DNA of 32,000 nt, taken from Candidatus Paracaedimonas acanthamoebae (GTDB lineage: Bacteria > Pseudomonadota > Alphaproteobacteria > Caedimonadales > Caedimonadaceae). The translations under genes and the position numbers were made by a program. Shown piece by piece: positions 1 to 7,496 of this stretch. Each line of letters opens with the position of its first letter. Position 1 is the stretch's first letter. The DNA lies in the NCBI GenBank assembly GCA_000743035.1, contig CP008936.1:1590001-1622000 (forward strand), in the 5' to 3' direction. The notes under the pieces are model-generated. The model saw only the letters and a list, made by a program, of their open reading frames with translations, was not told where the DNA came from and searched no databases.

Positions 1-1
1 G

Positions 2-382
2 ATCCCAACCACAGGCTTTTATGAGTGGACTTCTTCTCATGGAACAAAGCAGCCTTATTTCTTTTATATGAAAGATTATAAGCCTTTTGCCCTTGCAGGA
101 ATTTATGATTATTGGCCAGGTGGCGTAGAAACAGCAGAGATTGTAAGTGCTACTATTATTACCACAGACGCTAATTCCTTATTAAAGCCTTATCACTCCA
201 GAATGCCTGTTATTATTGAACCTCATAACTATGGCCATTGGCTTGATCCCGAGAATAAAAATACAGAAGAACTTATGGCGATGCTCTACCCTCGCGATTA
301 TGAGGCTCTTACTTGTCATGCTGTAAGTCAGTATGTAAATGCCCCTAGGAACAATGACTCTAATTGTATTAAACTTGTCTAA
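2..382 (+). CDS. SOS response-associated peptidase (SRAP/YedK, DUF159), C-terminal part; the 5' end lies outside the window
   Basis: The frame is open from nt 2 (IPTTGFYEWTSSHGTKQPYFFYMKDYKPFALAGIYD...), upstream of the Met used in the ORF track. The blocks GFYEW, KQPYF, PFALAGIYD and HSRMPVII..HWLDP are typical SRAP C-terminal motifs. Confidence 0.8.
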   Translation: MPTTGFYEWTSSHGTKQPYFFYMKDYKPFALAGIYDYWPGGVETAEIVSATIITTDANSLLKPYHSRMPVIIEPHNYGHWLDPENKNTEELMAMLYPRDYEALTCHAVSQYVNAPRNNDSNCIKLV

Positions 383-384
383 GG

Positions 385-885
385 TTATCTTGCTTTTGCG
401 AGCTCATTCCAAGAGGTTGTATACCTTGAAGATAAATGTTCTCTGCTAGTTAAGGTTAAAGCTTTCTGTCCCACAGCAGCATAGCTTACAGCTCCTTTGC
501 CGTATTTCTTGTTCAGGTGATCAATCGTTTGCATGAGAATCTCATGCCTATGGGAAGGACGCGTAAAAAAAGAATATTGGACTTGTTCTCTATCCACCAA
601 TCCCATTAAGCAAACGCCTGCTTTCTTATAACTAAAGCCAACTCTAAAGATTTTATTTAGTCCTTCCTTGGCTGCTTTTAAAAGAGCGGTGGTATAATCT
701 GTTGCAATGTCTAAATGGATAAGATGAGAGTTGGAATAATAATCTTCTTCTGAAAAACGATTAGTTTTAATAAATACTAAAACTTGAGAAGTGATACTTC
801 CCTCACCTCTTAGTTTTTCTGCCGCTCTTTCTATGAAAGCTGGGATGGTGATGTTTGGGTCGCTGATATGGGATGTGCCGTTCAA
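385..885 (-). pseudogene. umuC: Y-family DNA polymerase V subunit UmuC, C-terminal ~150 aa only (5'-truncated)
   Basis: FIERAAEKLRGEG...VFIKTNRF...KKAGVCLMGL...LMQTIDHLNKKYGKGAV...LTSREHLSSRYTTSWNEL matches the little-finger/C-terminal region of UmuC-like polymerases (~420 aa when complete). The catalytic palm/finger part is absent, and its place is taken by an unrelated + strand ORF. Confidence 0.7.
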
Positions 886-1740
886 AAGACGATTTTGTCA
901 GGGGGGATTGGCGATTTTAGGAATTTTGATTTGGCGCGTTTAGAACATTTACGCCATTTAGGGAAAAAGAAAAAAGGAGACCTTCGTGCAACTTTCAATG
1001 GTCATGCATCAGATAACTTTGCCGCGGGTCTCGCCATACTTCATTTAATTCTTGGGGAGGAGCATCCGTTTCAAGAATTGTTTGATCCGGTCATAGAAAA
1101 AAGGGCCAGCATTCCAAATTACATGCTTAACAAATGGACTCAAGAAACCTATGAAGCTGCGCTTGAAAAGGCTTTTGGTAAATCAAAAAATAATGATACC
1201 GGAATTTTCAAGGTGATTCGTGGATTAACTCTTACTAATCCTCAAGAGAGATGGTCAACTGAGAAAGCTCAAAAAGCACTTGAAAAACTTCTCCCTGAAG
1301 AAAGTGGTAAAAAGTTGTTTTCACAATTCGAAAAGAGGTGGCAACAAATAGCAAGCCAATCGCAACAGGTAGAAAATCCCGAAGAAGGAAGTGATCTTTC
1401 TTCTAACTATCTATATAAGAAAGAGGCTATCTATTATCACGACATCTTACAGGAAGAAAACCATTCTAGTGAATTTTATGGAAAAGACCTTTCTGTTTAT
1501 GAGACTATGCAAAAGCCCTATGAAGAGGAAAATAAGCGTATTGGGGCGGCGAGTTCCTCAACCGATGTATATGTTGACACTCTAGAGAAACCAGAGGGAG
1601 GAGAACCTACTACTTATACAATCATTCCAGATGAAGAAGATGGGGCTACTTATACAATCCCAGATGCTTTTAAAAGTTCCCCTCCTCCGCGCCGTAATGG
1701 AAACCCAAGCAATACCCCCAACGAATGGGTCTATCAATAA
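868..1740 (+). pseudogene. Eukaryotic-type protein-kinase-like gene remnant (C-lobe from the DFG-equivalent onward) with a Tyr/acidic/Pro-rich tail
   Basis: IGDFRNF sits at the DFG position. SDNFAAGLAILHLILGEEHPF matches subdomain IX (D-x-W/F-S/A-x-G...G..PF). LTLTNPQERWSTEKAQKAL matches subdomain XI. There is no N-lobe, VAIK or HRD region. The first codons overlap the umuC remnant, so the ATG is probably fortuitous. Confidence 0.55.
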
Positions 1741-1754
1741 GGGACATTTTAATC

Positions 1755-1788
1755 GCGAGAGCCAGATTTAGTGGCTCTCGCTAATTTA
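1755..1788 (+). terminator. Rho-independent terminator candidate
   Basis: A perfect 10-bp stem GCGAGAGCCA (1755-1764) / TGGCTCTCGC (1772-1781) with a 7-nt loop is followed by TAATTTAT, 15 nt after the stop of the 868-1740 ORF. Confidence 0.6.
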
Positions 1789-1944
1789 TGTTCCTCATTT
1801 TGTGTGCTTTAAGGAAAACTAAACTCTTTTCTTAACTTGCCAAAATATAAGCTACATACAGAAGTTAATCCTAGACAATGGCATGTGCATGCTCATTATT
1901 CTCTTATAAAATATTGAAGTCATGCCAAAATGAAAAAAACTTCA

Positions 1945-2255
1945 TCAAAGGGCATTCGATTTGAGAAAAAGCAATTTAGCCTTTACAGGCGAAGACTCCC
2001 CCATGGCCAAGCTTCTTCTCTCTGTGATGGGAGCTTTTGGAGAATTTGAGAGAGCTCTTATTCGAGAACGGCAGTTAGAAGGCATTTATCTTGCTAAGCA
2101 AAAAGGTATTTATAAAGGAAGAAAAAAGAAGTTGACTGAAGAAGCTATCGTAAAGCTTAAGGAGAAGGTTTCTCAAGGTCAGAGTAAATCAGCCATTGCC
2201 AAAGAAGCTAAATATCAGTCGAGAGACACTCTACCAATACTTGAGGGGTAATTAA
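1945..2255 (+). pseudogene. Serine recombinase (resolvase/invertase) C-terminal remnant with at least two frameshifts
   Basis: KGIRF is in one frame. DSPMAKLLLSVMGAFGEFERALIRERQLEGIYLAKQKGIYKGRKKKL is in the ORF-track frame. The HTH end NISRETLYQYLRGN* is in a third frame (stop 2253-2255). The catalytic N-terminal domain is missing. Confidence 0.75.
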
Positions 2256-2258
2256 CTT

Positions 2259-2363
2259 GTATATCGTATTTTTAATATCAACACCCTAACTATGCCCAAA
2301 ATTTAAAAGGATTTATATTTCCTTAGATAAATTTTACCTTTTGCTCAAAGTTGCAACACAACC
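2259..2363 (+). mobile_element. IS6-family 3'-end remnant (last tnp codons plus terminal inverted repeat)
   Basis: It aligns by eye with the 3' end of the IS6 copy at 17291-18128 (..TTTAATAT..ACACCC.AACT.TG.C.AAAATTT.AAAA..) and ends in CAAAGTTGCAACACAACC, the IR of that element. Confidence 0.7.
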
Positions 2364-2365
2364 CT

Positions 2366-2717
2366 CCAGAAGACAAACCATTGTCCATTAGTCTTGACGT
2401 TCATTTCATCCAAATGCCATTTATCATAAGGATTTCTCTCACGCTTCTTGATAACATTTAAGAAGTGATAAGCAAATTTATGACACCATTCTCGAATTGT
2501 TTCATGACTGAGGATAATTCCTTGAAAAGCCATTTGTTCTTGGATGTCTCTGTAACTATTATTAAACCGATGATAATGCCATATGGCCTGATTAATAATA
2601 GATAAAGGAAATCGGTGACGCTTAGGCGCTTTAGTGAGAGACATTAAACAACTCATTTTTATTGCAACTGTAAAAAATCCTATCAGAAAAATCTACAAAA
2701 GTTAAGTTGACGCTGCC
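2366..2717 (-). mobile_element. IS6-family 5' fragment: truncated transposase (about the first 97 codons, ORF 2345-2656) plus leader and a putative diverged IRL
   Basis: HRFPLSIINQAIWHYHRFNNSYRDIQEQMAFQGIILSHETIREWCHKF...KWHLDEMNVKTNGQWFVFWR is the IS6/IS26-type N-terminal half, including the first catalytic D (DEM). Homology stops at ~2366, where the IR of the neighbouring fragment begins. The candidate IRL GGCAGCGTCAACTTAAC (reverse strand, ends at 2717) is only weakly IS6-like. Confidence 0.7.
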
Positions 2718-2760
2718 AATTAAAATTCTGCACCAGTTATATAAGTCAGAGACTTCCATT

Positions 2761-3288
2761 TTATTTAATGGTTTCTGGGCCAGCCTTCGAAGGAGAGAAT
2801 GTAACAAAATTCTTATTATTCTTGTTTATCACAGCTCTAATATTGAATACTTTACTTCCATCCATATAACACATTTCTTCAGTTGTTTTCCCTACGCAAA
2901 AAAAAGTGCTATTGTCACGAGTGTTAAGTTGACACTTCATCTTCGCATTTTTTAAAGTTTTCTCGAATGTGGCTTTATCTTTGGAAAAGTGTGATTCTCC
3001 ACGACATGGCGTAACATCGCCTAAATGATTAGAGTGCTGCGCAAAATTATATAAACCTACATCTGTCTGGAATTTATGCTCCACACAATATGCAGCTTGA
3101 GCACCGTTTTCAAGAGGCCTATCTCCATTACATGGGAATTCCTTTTCCTCATAAGGTAGATCATCAGAAGTTTGCAATTTAGGTTCTGGGTGATCAGTAA
3201 GAGGGACAACAGGAATTGGGTATGAAGCGTTGGCACAATTTGCTATTCCTGCAAAAAGTATCAAAGAATATAATTTTGATTTTTCCAT
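2761..3288 (-). CDS. Hypothetical secreted protein, six Cys in the mature part
   Basis: The N-terminus MEKSKLYSLILFAGIANCANA looks like a Sec leader, and an RBS-like AAAGGTGA lies upstream. I recognise no family. Confidence 0.6.
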   Translation of the reverse strand: MEKSKLYSLILFAGIANCANASYPIPVVPLTDHPEPKLQTSDDLPYEEKEFPCNGDRPLENGAQAAYCVEHKFQTDVGLYNFAQHSNHLGDVTPCRGESHFSKDKATFEKTLKNAKMKCQLNTRDNSTFFCVGKTTEEMCYMDGSKVFNIRAVINKNNKNFVTFSPSKAGPETIK

Positions 3289-3484
3289 ATTATCACCTTT
3301 AAGTTATTTTAATATAAAATATTTATTAAAATAAAATGTACCCTAATAATATTAATATTTTATGAATATAACCTAAGAATTTCTGTGTAAAGCAAGGATC
3401 CCTAATGAAGAATACTTATAACGCAACATTAACCATGTAGCATCTAATAGCTATTCTCCAAAAATTAACCTTGTTTAAAGCAAA

Positions 3485-3520
3485 TAAAAAAAAGGCCCCC
3501 TTAATTAAGAGGTGCCCTTT
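3485..3520 (-). terminator. Rho-independent terminator candidate for the F-box gene
   Basis: The minus strand reads AAAGGGCACCTCTTAATTAAGGGGGCCTTTTTTTTTATTTG, an imperfect GC-rich hairpin followed by a T9 run, ~45 nt after the stop at 3564. Confidence 0.6.
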
Positions 3521-3563
3521 AGTAAAATTGGTAACATCAGCTCAGTAATAGCCTTCTTATAAT

Positions 3564-4319
3564 TTATATAGCATTACTAGGCGCATTATAGATGCTAGAA
3601 ATATCCAGCGGCAAATTTAACCTTTTATTATACTTAATAAACTTTTGCTCATTTTGAGGAATAGAAAATTTTCCTTCCTTGTAAATCTCTGCAATAAATC
3701 CTCTTGTTTCTTTACTTAAGAAAGATTGGCATTGTAGGTACAATAAATAAAGTTCTGGGTTTATGATCGTATCTTCGTTCATGTCCTCATAATCAATACA
3801 GGCGTGTACTCTTTGTTGCATTGCCTGATAAGTATCTTTAAACTTAAGGGTAATTTCTTTATCATTAAAACTATATAATATATTCATTATTTTTACATAA
3901 TTCTTAAATTTTCTTTTTAACGTTTTATTTTCTTCGGAAAAACTTATCTTAAAATCATTTAATATCTGATTTAATTTTGGGGTAACAGTGCTTCTCGGGG
4001 TCTTTCTCCACTTATTTACAAGGTTATCCAATTGTTCAAAAGAGCACTCATTTATTGCCTCTTCAATTTTTTTACTATCGTTTGGCATGAAGAAGGGAGA
4101 ATGTGATTCTACTATATTATTAATGGTTGGAGAGACTAAACGAAAACTTTTGAAATCATTCTCTTCAAGGAAACCTGCAATATGAACGATGATTTCTGGA
4201 GGCAAAAAGTGTAAAGATGCTTGCTCGGAATCTTCTTCTATATCCATATTACAGGAACCCACTACTTGATTTTGGCAAACAAATAATAAAAGAAAAAAAA
4301 TATTTATAAATTTTGTCAT
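3564..4319 (-). CDS. F-box domain protein with an N-terminal Sec/lipoprotein-like leader
   Basis: LHFLPPEIIVHIAGFLEENDFKSFRLVSPTINNIV (about nt 4086-4214) fits the F-box consensus LPxEIxxxIxxxLxxxDLxxxxxVSKxW. The leader MTKFINIFFLLLFVCQNQVVGS|C is present, and an RBS GAGGAAAG lies upstream. Confidence 0.7.
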   Translation of the reverse strand: MTKFINIFFLLLFVCQNQVVGSCNMDIEEDSEQASLHFLPPEIIVHIAGFLEENDFKSFRLVSPTINNIVESHSPFFMPNDSKKIEEAINECSFEQLDNLVNKWRKTPRSTVTPKLNQILNDFKISFSEENKTLKRKFKNYVKIMNILYSFNDKEITLKFKDTYQAMQQRVHACIDYEDMNEDTIINPELYLLYLQCQSFLSKETRGFIAEIYKEGKFSIPQNEQKFIKYNKRLNLPLDISSIYNAPSNAI

Positions 4320-4539
4320 ATTACTTTCCTCAATTTTATAATTATAGACTTACATATGAAGATATAATAAACAAAATAATATTTACAACTATAAGTCATA
4401 TAGTTTTTTCAAAGTTTAAAGGATACACCGGTACCATCAAATTATCTGAAGCAAGATTGAATAATCTTGCGATAAAGAGTTACATGCTCAACTTCAACGG
4501 CGCGTTCTGACATCATTGCCTCATTTCTATAAAATTTGG

Positions 4540-4992
4540 ATGAATCCAAAAGTTTTTTCATCAGAGTCTTTGCGAGACGTTCTCACCTATTACATCAACA
4601 ATCTTGATGATCTGAAAGCTATTATTAATGACATTCACCGATATGATTTAAAAGCTCAACAGGTGGAAGAGATAACCCTTTTTGAAACAAAAACTGACTC
4701 TGTTGTTAAAACTGTCAATCTCAGATTACAAAAACATCCTGAGTTTTTTAATGAAATTGGTCAATTACTTAAAGACTATCAACTTAATAACCTGCTTTCC
4801 ATCGCAGTTCTTAAACAAAATTCTCTAGTGGCAGAAGAAGAACAAAATTACATGGAAGTTAGTTCTGAGAAAGAAAATAGAAGCATCATTCAGCTATTAA
4901 AGCGAGAGAACACCCCCCAAAACAGTATCAGAATTTCCTGGAGTTTCAAAAGTTCAAAGCAACATACATGTTGGTATGAATATGATCGTTAA
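4540..4992 (+). CDS. Hypothetical protein; its 3' end and stop codon lie inside an IS6 remnant (chimeric or truncated)
   Basis: The ORF track starts at TTG 4516, and the first ATG is at 4540 (MNPKVFSSE). From ~4976 the DNA (ATGAATATGATC..AAAA.CAATCCT..TTTGCAA) aligns with the 3' third of the IS6 transposase gene. Confidence 0.45.
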   Translation: MNPKVFSSESLRDVLTYYINNLDDLKAIINDIHRYDLKAQQVEEITLFETKTDSVVKTVNLRLQKHPEFFNEIGQLLKDYQLNNLLSIAVLKQNSLVAEEEQNYMEVSSEKENRSIIQLLKRENTPQNSIRISWSFKSSKQHTCWYEYDR

Positions 4993-5146
4993 AAAGCAAT
5001 CCTGTTTTTTTGCAAGAAACATCCATGGTTAGCTTTATTTTATTCACCGTATATTTAATATTTATACCCCGACTATGTCTAAAATTTAAAAAGTTCCATA
5101 TTTTTTTACCTTAAGTGTAATCTTACCTCAACCTTGCAACACAACC
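4976..5146 (+). mobile_element. IS6-family 3'-end remnant (same subtype as 17291-18128)
   Basis: There is clear nucleotide similarity to the reverse complement of 17291-17460, including ..FIHRIFNIYTPTMSKI* and the terminal IR ..CAACCTTGCAACACAACC ending at 5146. Confidence 0.8.
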
Positions 5147-5320
5147 GATAATATTGATATTAGACTTATTAGATGAGCCCTACATTCCTTTGAATATTTG
5201 CAACTAATTTATGCGACAATTCTAGCCAAGGAAAATAGCCTAGAGAAGATTCGTCACATAACTGATAACTTTCGCAACACTAGAGATGACTTAAGCATAA
5301 AAAAGGGCAGATAGATCTTT

Positions 5321-5444
5321 GGAAATATGGTCAAGGGCTCAAGGGAAAAATCCGTTTCATCAACCAACAATTCAATATCTATACTGCTTAATTTAAAGCA
5401 GACACATCCTAGCCTCAGCTCCAAAAACTTTTTGCAACAGGGCC
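5321..5444 (+). mobile_element. IS6-like 3'-end remnant, second subtype
   Basis: It ends in CCAAAAACTTTTTGCAACAGGGCC, whose reverse complement GGCCCTGTTGCAAAAAGTTTT matches the IS6-family IR consensus GG..CTGTTGCAAAGTT. About 120 bp are related to 20545-20660 (shared ..AATTCAAT.TCTATACTG.TTAATT.AAA..). Confidence 0.55.
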
Positions 5445-5470
5445 TTTGACCTTCAACGATTAAAGTAGAT

Positions 5471-6283
5471 TTAGCTTGCTAATTGATTTGAGCAACAAAG
5501 CCATTCTTTATATTCTTTTGGATACTCTTTTATTAGAGTTCCCCAAAAGTCTTTGTAATCTTTATTAATGCCGTAATTATTATTAATTGTTAATTTACAA
5601 ATAGTGGATTTATCATAGTGGTGAGTTTGATTTTCAATTTCATAATAAGTATAAATATTCTTGAGATGCTTTAAGAAAGAATTTAGGTTTTCTCTCGAGT
5701 ATTCTAAGGTTTTATCTTCTAAGCTTAAATCTTGAAAGTAAGTATCAAGCTTGTAAATTTCTTCAACCTTTTGGGATGATGAACTGGATATCGTCCTATT
5801 TAAACCTGCTGCTGCTTTCTTTTTTAAAGAGAGATTATCACTATCAACAATAGCCTGCGTATACCATTTAGAAGCGTCCTTAAAAGATTTAAAGATTTTC
5901 CCTAAGCCATATTCGTACATTTCACCTAAAATATATTCAGCTTGGGGGTTGTTTCTTTTTGCTAAAGGGTAAATAAGCTTAAATGCATCCTCATAATCTT
6001 TTTGTTTAAAAAGTTCCCATGATTCACCTAAGCAAGAAAATAGCTCATTATCCTCATTTTCAATGATATCTTCGGCAGATGAGCGGGGAGACGAGGAAGC
6101 ATAAAAATGGTTTTCCTCAGTTGGATGAAGATGCTTCCGCAATCTTAAAGTTTGGTCCGATCTTGTATAACCTTTTTGGATGAGAGGTGTAGAAGATTCA
6201 TCTGTAAAAAAATTCGTAGCTGTTGCTCCTTGGACAAGAAGAAGTACGAGAGTGGCTTTTAAGATAATCTTTCTCATCATCAA
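5471..6283 (-). CDS. Secreted Sel1-like repeat (SLR) protein
   Basis: The leader is MMMRKIILKATLVLLLVQGATA. KDYEDAFKLIYPLAKRNNPQAEYILGEMYEYGLGKIFKSFKDASKWYTQAI (about nt 5846-6001) fits the Sel1 repeat pattern. It starts 27 nt after the upstream gene's stop, so it is probably co-transcribed. Confidence 0.65.
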   Translation of the reverse strand: MMMRKIILKATLVLLLVQGATATNFFTDESSTPLIQKGYTRSDQTLRLRKHLHPTEENHFYASSSPRSSAEDIIENEDNELFSCLGESWELFKQKDYEDAFKLIYPLAKRNNPQAEYILGEMYEYGLGKIFKSFKDASKWYTQAIVDSDNLSLKKKAAAGLNRTISSSSSQKVEEIYKLDTYFQDLSLEDKTLEYSRENLNSFLKHLKNIYTYYEIENQTHHYDKSTICKLTINNNYGINKDYKDFWGTLIKEYPKEYKEWLCCSNQLAS

Positions 6284-6310
6284 TGCCTTTCTTAAAATAT
6301 AATTTCTGTG

Positions 6311-6937
6311 TCATTTATCCTTAGGTTTTTCCAGAATAGTATCAATCTTAGTCATTGTTTCTTTGAATCCTTTAGAAACCTTAAGATCAATTGACTCTGT
6401 ACTTTCTTTTATACTGCCTACTTCACTAAGCATCTCTTTTAATTGGCTTGCATGTTCTTTATTACTTTCTGCATAGTACTCTTCTAAAAAGGCCTTTGCT
6501 TCCTCTAAACCATTAGAAATTTCGCGTCTAGCAGTGTCGGTTTGTTTTTGTATACCATTGACCTCAGCAGTTATGGTTGCTAATTGATTGCCCTGATCGC
6601 GTTGAATAGAGTTTAATGTCGCTTCCATAGTATCTATTTTAGCCCACCTACTTCCTTGCGAGGAACATTTATGTATTATCCAATCAACTAGTCTATCAGT
6701 TAGCGGGACAGCAATAGCTGCCACCAATCCTACTGCACCAATTGCAACCCCTGTGGGCCCCCAAGGATCTATCAAGCTTTCAGGCTCATAATGATGCCAT
6801 AATCCATTACTATAATAACAAGGAGAGCTTTTAACGCAAAATTCTTCTAATCCTTCCAGGGTCATATTACTGGCCTTTAAAGGACAGGAATTATAAAATA
6901 AAAATACGACTAAACACTTTAAAAAGATTTTATGCAT
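6311..6937 (-). CDS. Hypothetical membrane protein: leader, one hydrophobic helix, long charged coiled-coil-like C-terminal region
   Basis: It has the leader MHKIFLKCLVVFLFYNSCPLKA and the hydrophobic segment GPTGVAIGAVGLVAAIAVPL. About 120 aa of heptad-like Q/E/K-rich sequence follow. Confidence 0.6.
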   Translation of the reverse strand: MHKIFLKCLVVFLFYNSCPLKASNMTLEGLEEFCVKSSPCYYSNGLWHHYEPESLIDPWGPTGVAIGAVGLVAAIAVPLTDRLVDWIIHKCSSQGSRWAKIDTMEATLNSIQRDQGNQLATITAEVNGIQKQTDTARREISNGLEEAKAFLEEYYAESNKEHASQLKEMLSEVGSIKESTESIDLKVSKGFKETMTKIDTILEKPKDK

Positions 6938-6978
6938 TGCTATTCCTAAATATAATAAAAAGCACTTTTGTGATAAGT

Positions 6979-7007
6979 ATAATTACCATAAATTAACAAT
7001 TTGTCAA
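6979..7007 (-). promoter_or_regulatory. Sigma70-like promoter candidate for the 6937-5471 gene pair
   Basis: The minus strand reads TTGACA - 17 nt - AATTAT about 40 nt upstream of the ATG at 6937. The -10 matches only 4/6. Confidence 0.3.
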
Positions 7008-7051
7008 TATATATTGTTGGTTAGAGAGCATCCCCCCTACAGTAGTTCTTC

Positions 7052-7245
7052 ATTTCTGTTGCAACTTTGAGGTAAGGGAGTAAACTGAGGAATATATATA
7101 ACCTTGGGTGCTACCTATAAAACATCAAGACTTTCACTAGCGACAATTTTTATCAAACATTATGCTACAATGTATGCGCTGGTATTGTAGATATCCATTG
7201 AGCAACCGTGATTTGGAAGAGATGAGGTAAAAAAAAGAGGAAAAC
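7052..7245 (+). mobile_element. IS6-family 5' fragment (IRL, leader, first ~40 decayed codons)
   Basis: ..TGTTGCAACTTTGAGGTAAGGGAGTAAACTGAGGAATATATATAACCTTGGGTGCTACCT.. parallels the IRL and leader of the 17291-18128 copy. The start codon is lost (ATA), and in-frame TAG/TAA codons are present. LQCMRWY..L..R.LEEM is still readable. Confidence 0.75.
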
Positions 7246-7250
7246 ATACC

Positions 7251-7355
7251 ATGGGGATTATAGGCGCTATTATGAGAAAGCTTCTTCATATATGCTTCGG
7301 GGTGCTTAAATATAAAACAGCTTTTAACCCTCAAATCCTTAAAGATAATCCTTGA
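7251..7355 (+). pseudogene. IS110-family transposase C-terminal remnant (34 codons)
   Basis: MGIIGAIMRKLLHICFGVLKYKTAFNPQILKDNP* resembles the conserved C-terminal tail of IS110-family transposases (..A.ARKLL.I.YGVLK....F.P). It abuts the IS6 fragment directly. Confidence 0.6.
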
Positions 7356-7496
7356 TCTCTAACACAATATCACAACCTATACAAGCATAAGAACCGAAAA
7401 ACTCCCTCAAAATTGATTAAAAATTATATTAAATTGCCATATGTCTTTTTGGCAGTTATAAGGAGAAGTCATTTGTTTAGAAAATAGGTAATAACT

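Noticed and set aside
6311-6937. Possible SNARE-like motif in the coiled-coil protein, by analogy with IncA/LseA-type SNARE mimics.
   Set aside because: The hydrophobic helix precedes rather than follows the heptad region, whereas SNAREs are tail-anchored. I could not identify a convincing zero-layer Q/R within a 53-residue heptad register. It remains only a generic coiled coil.
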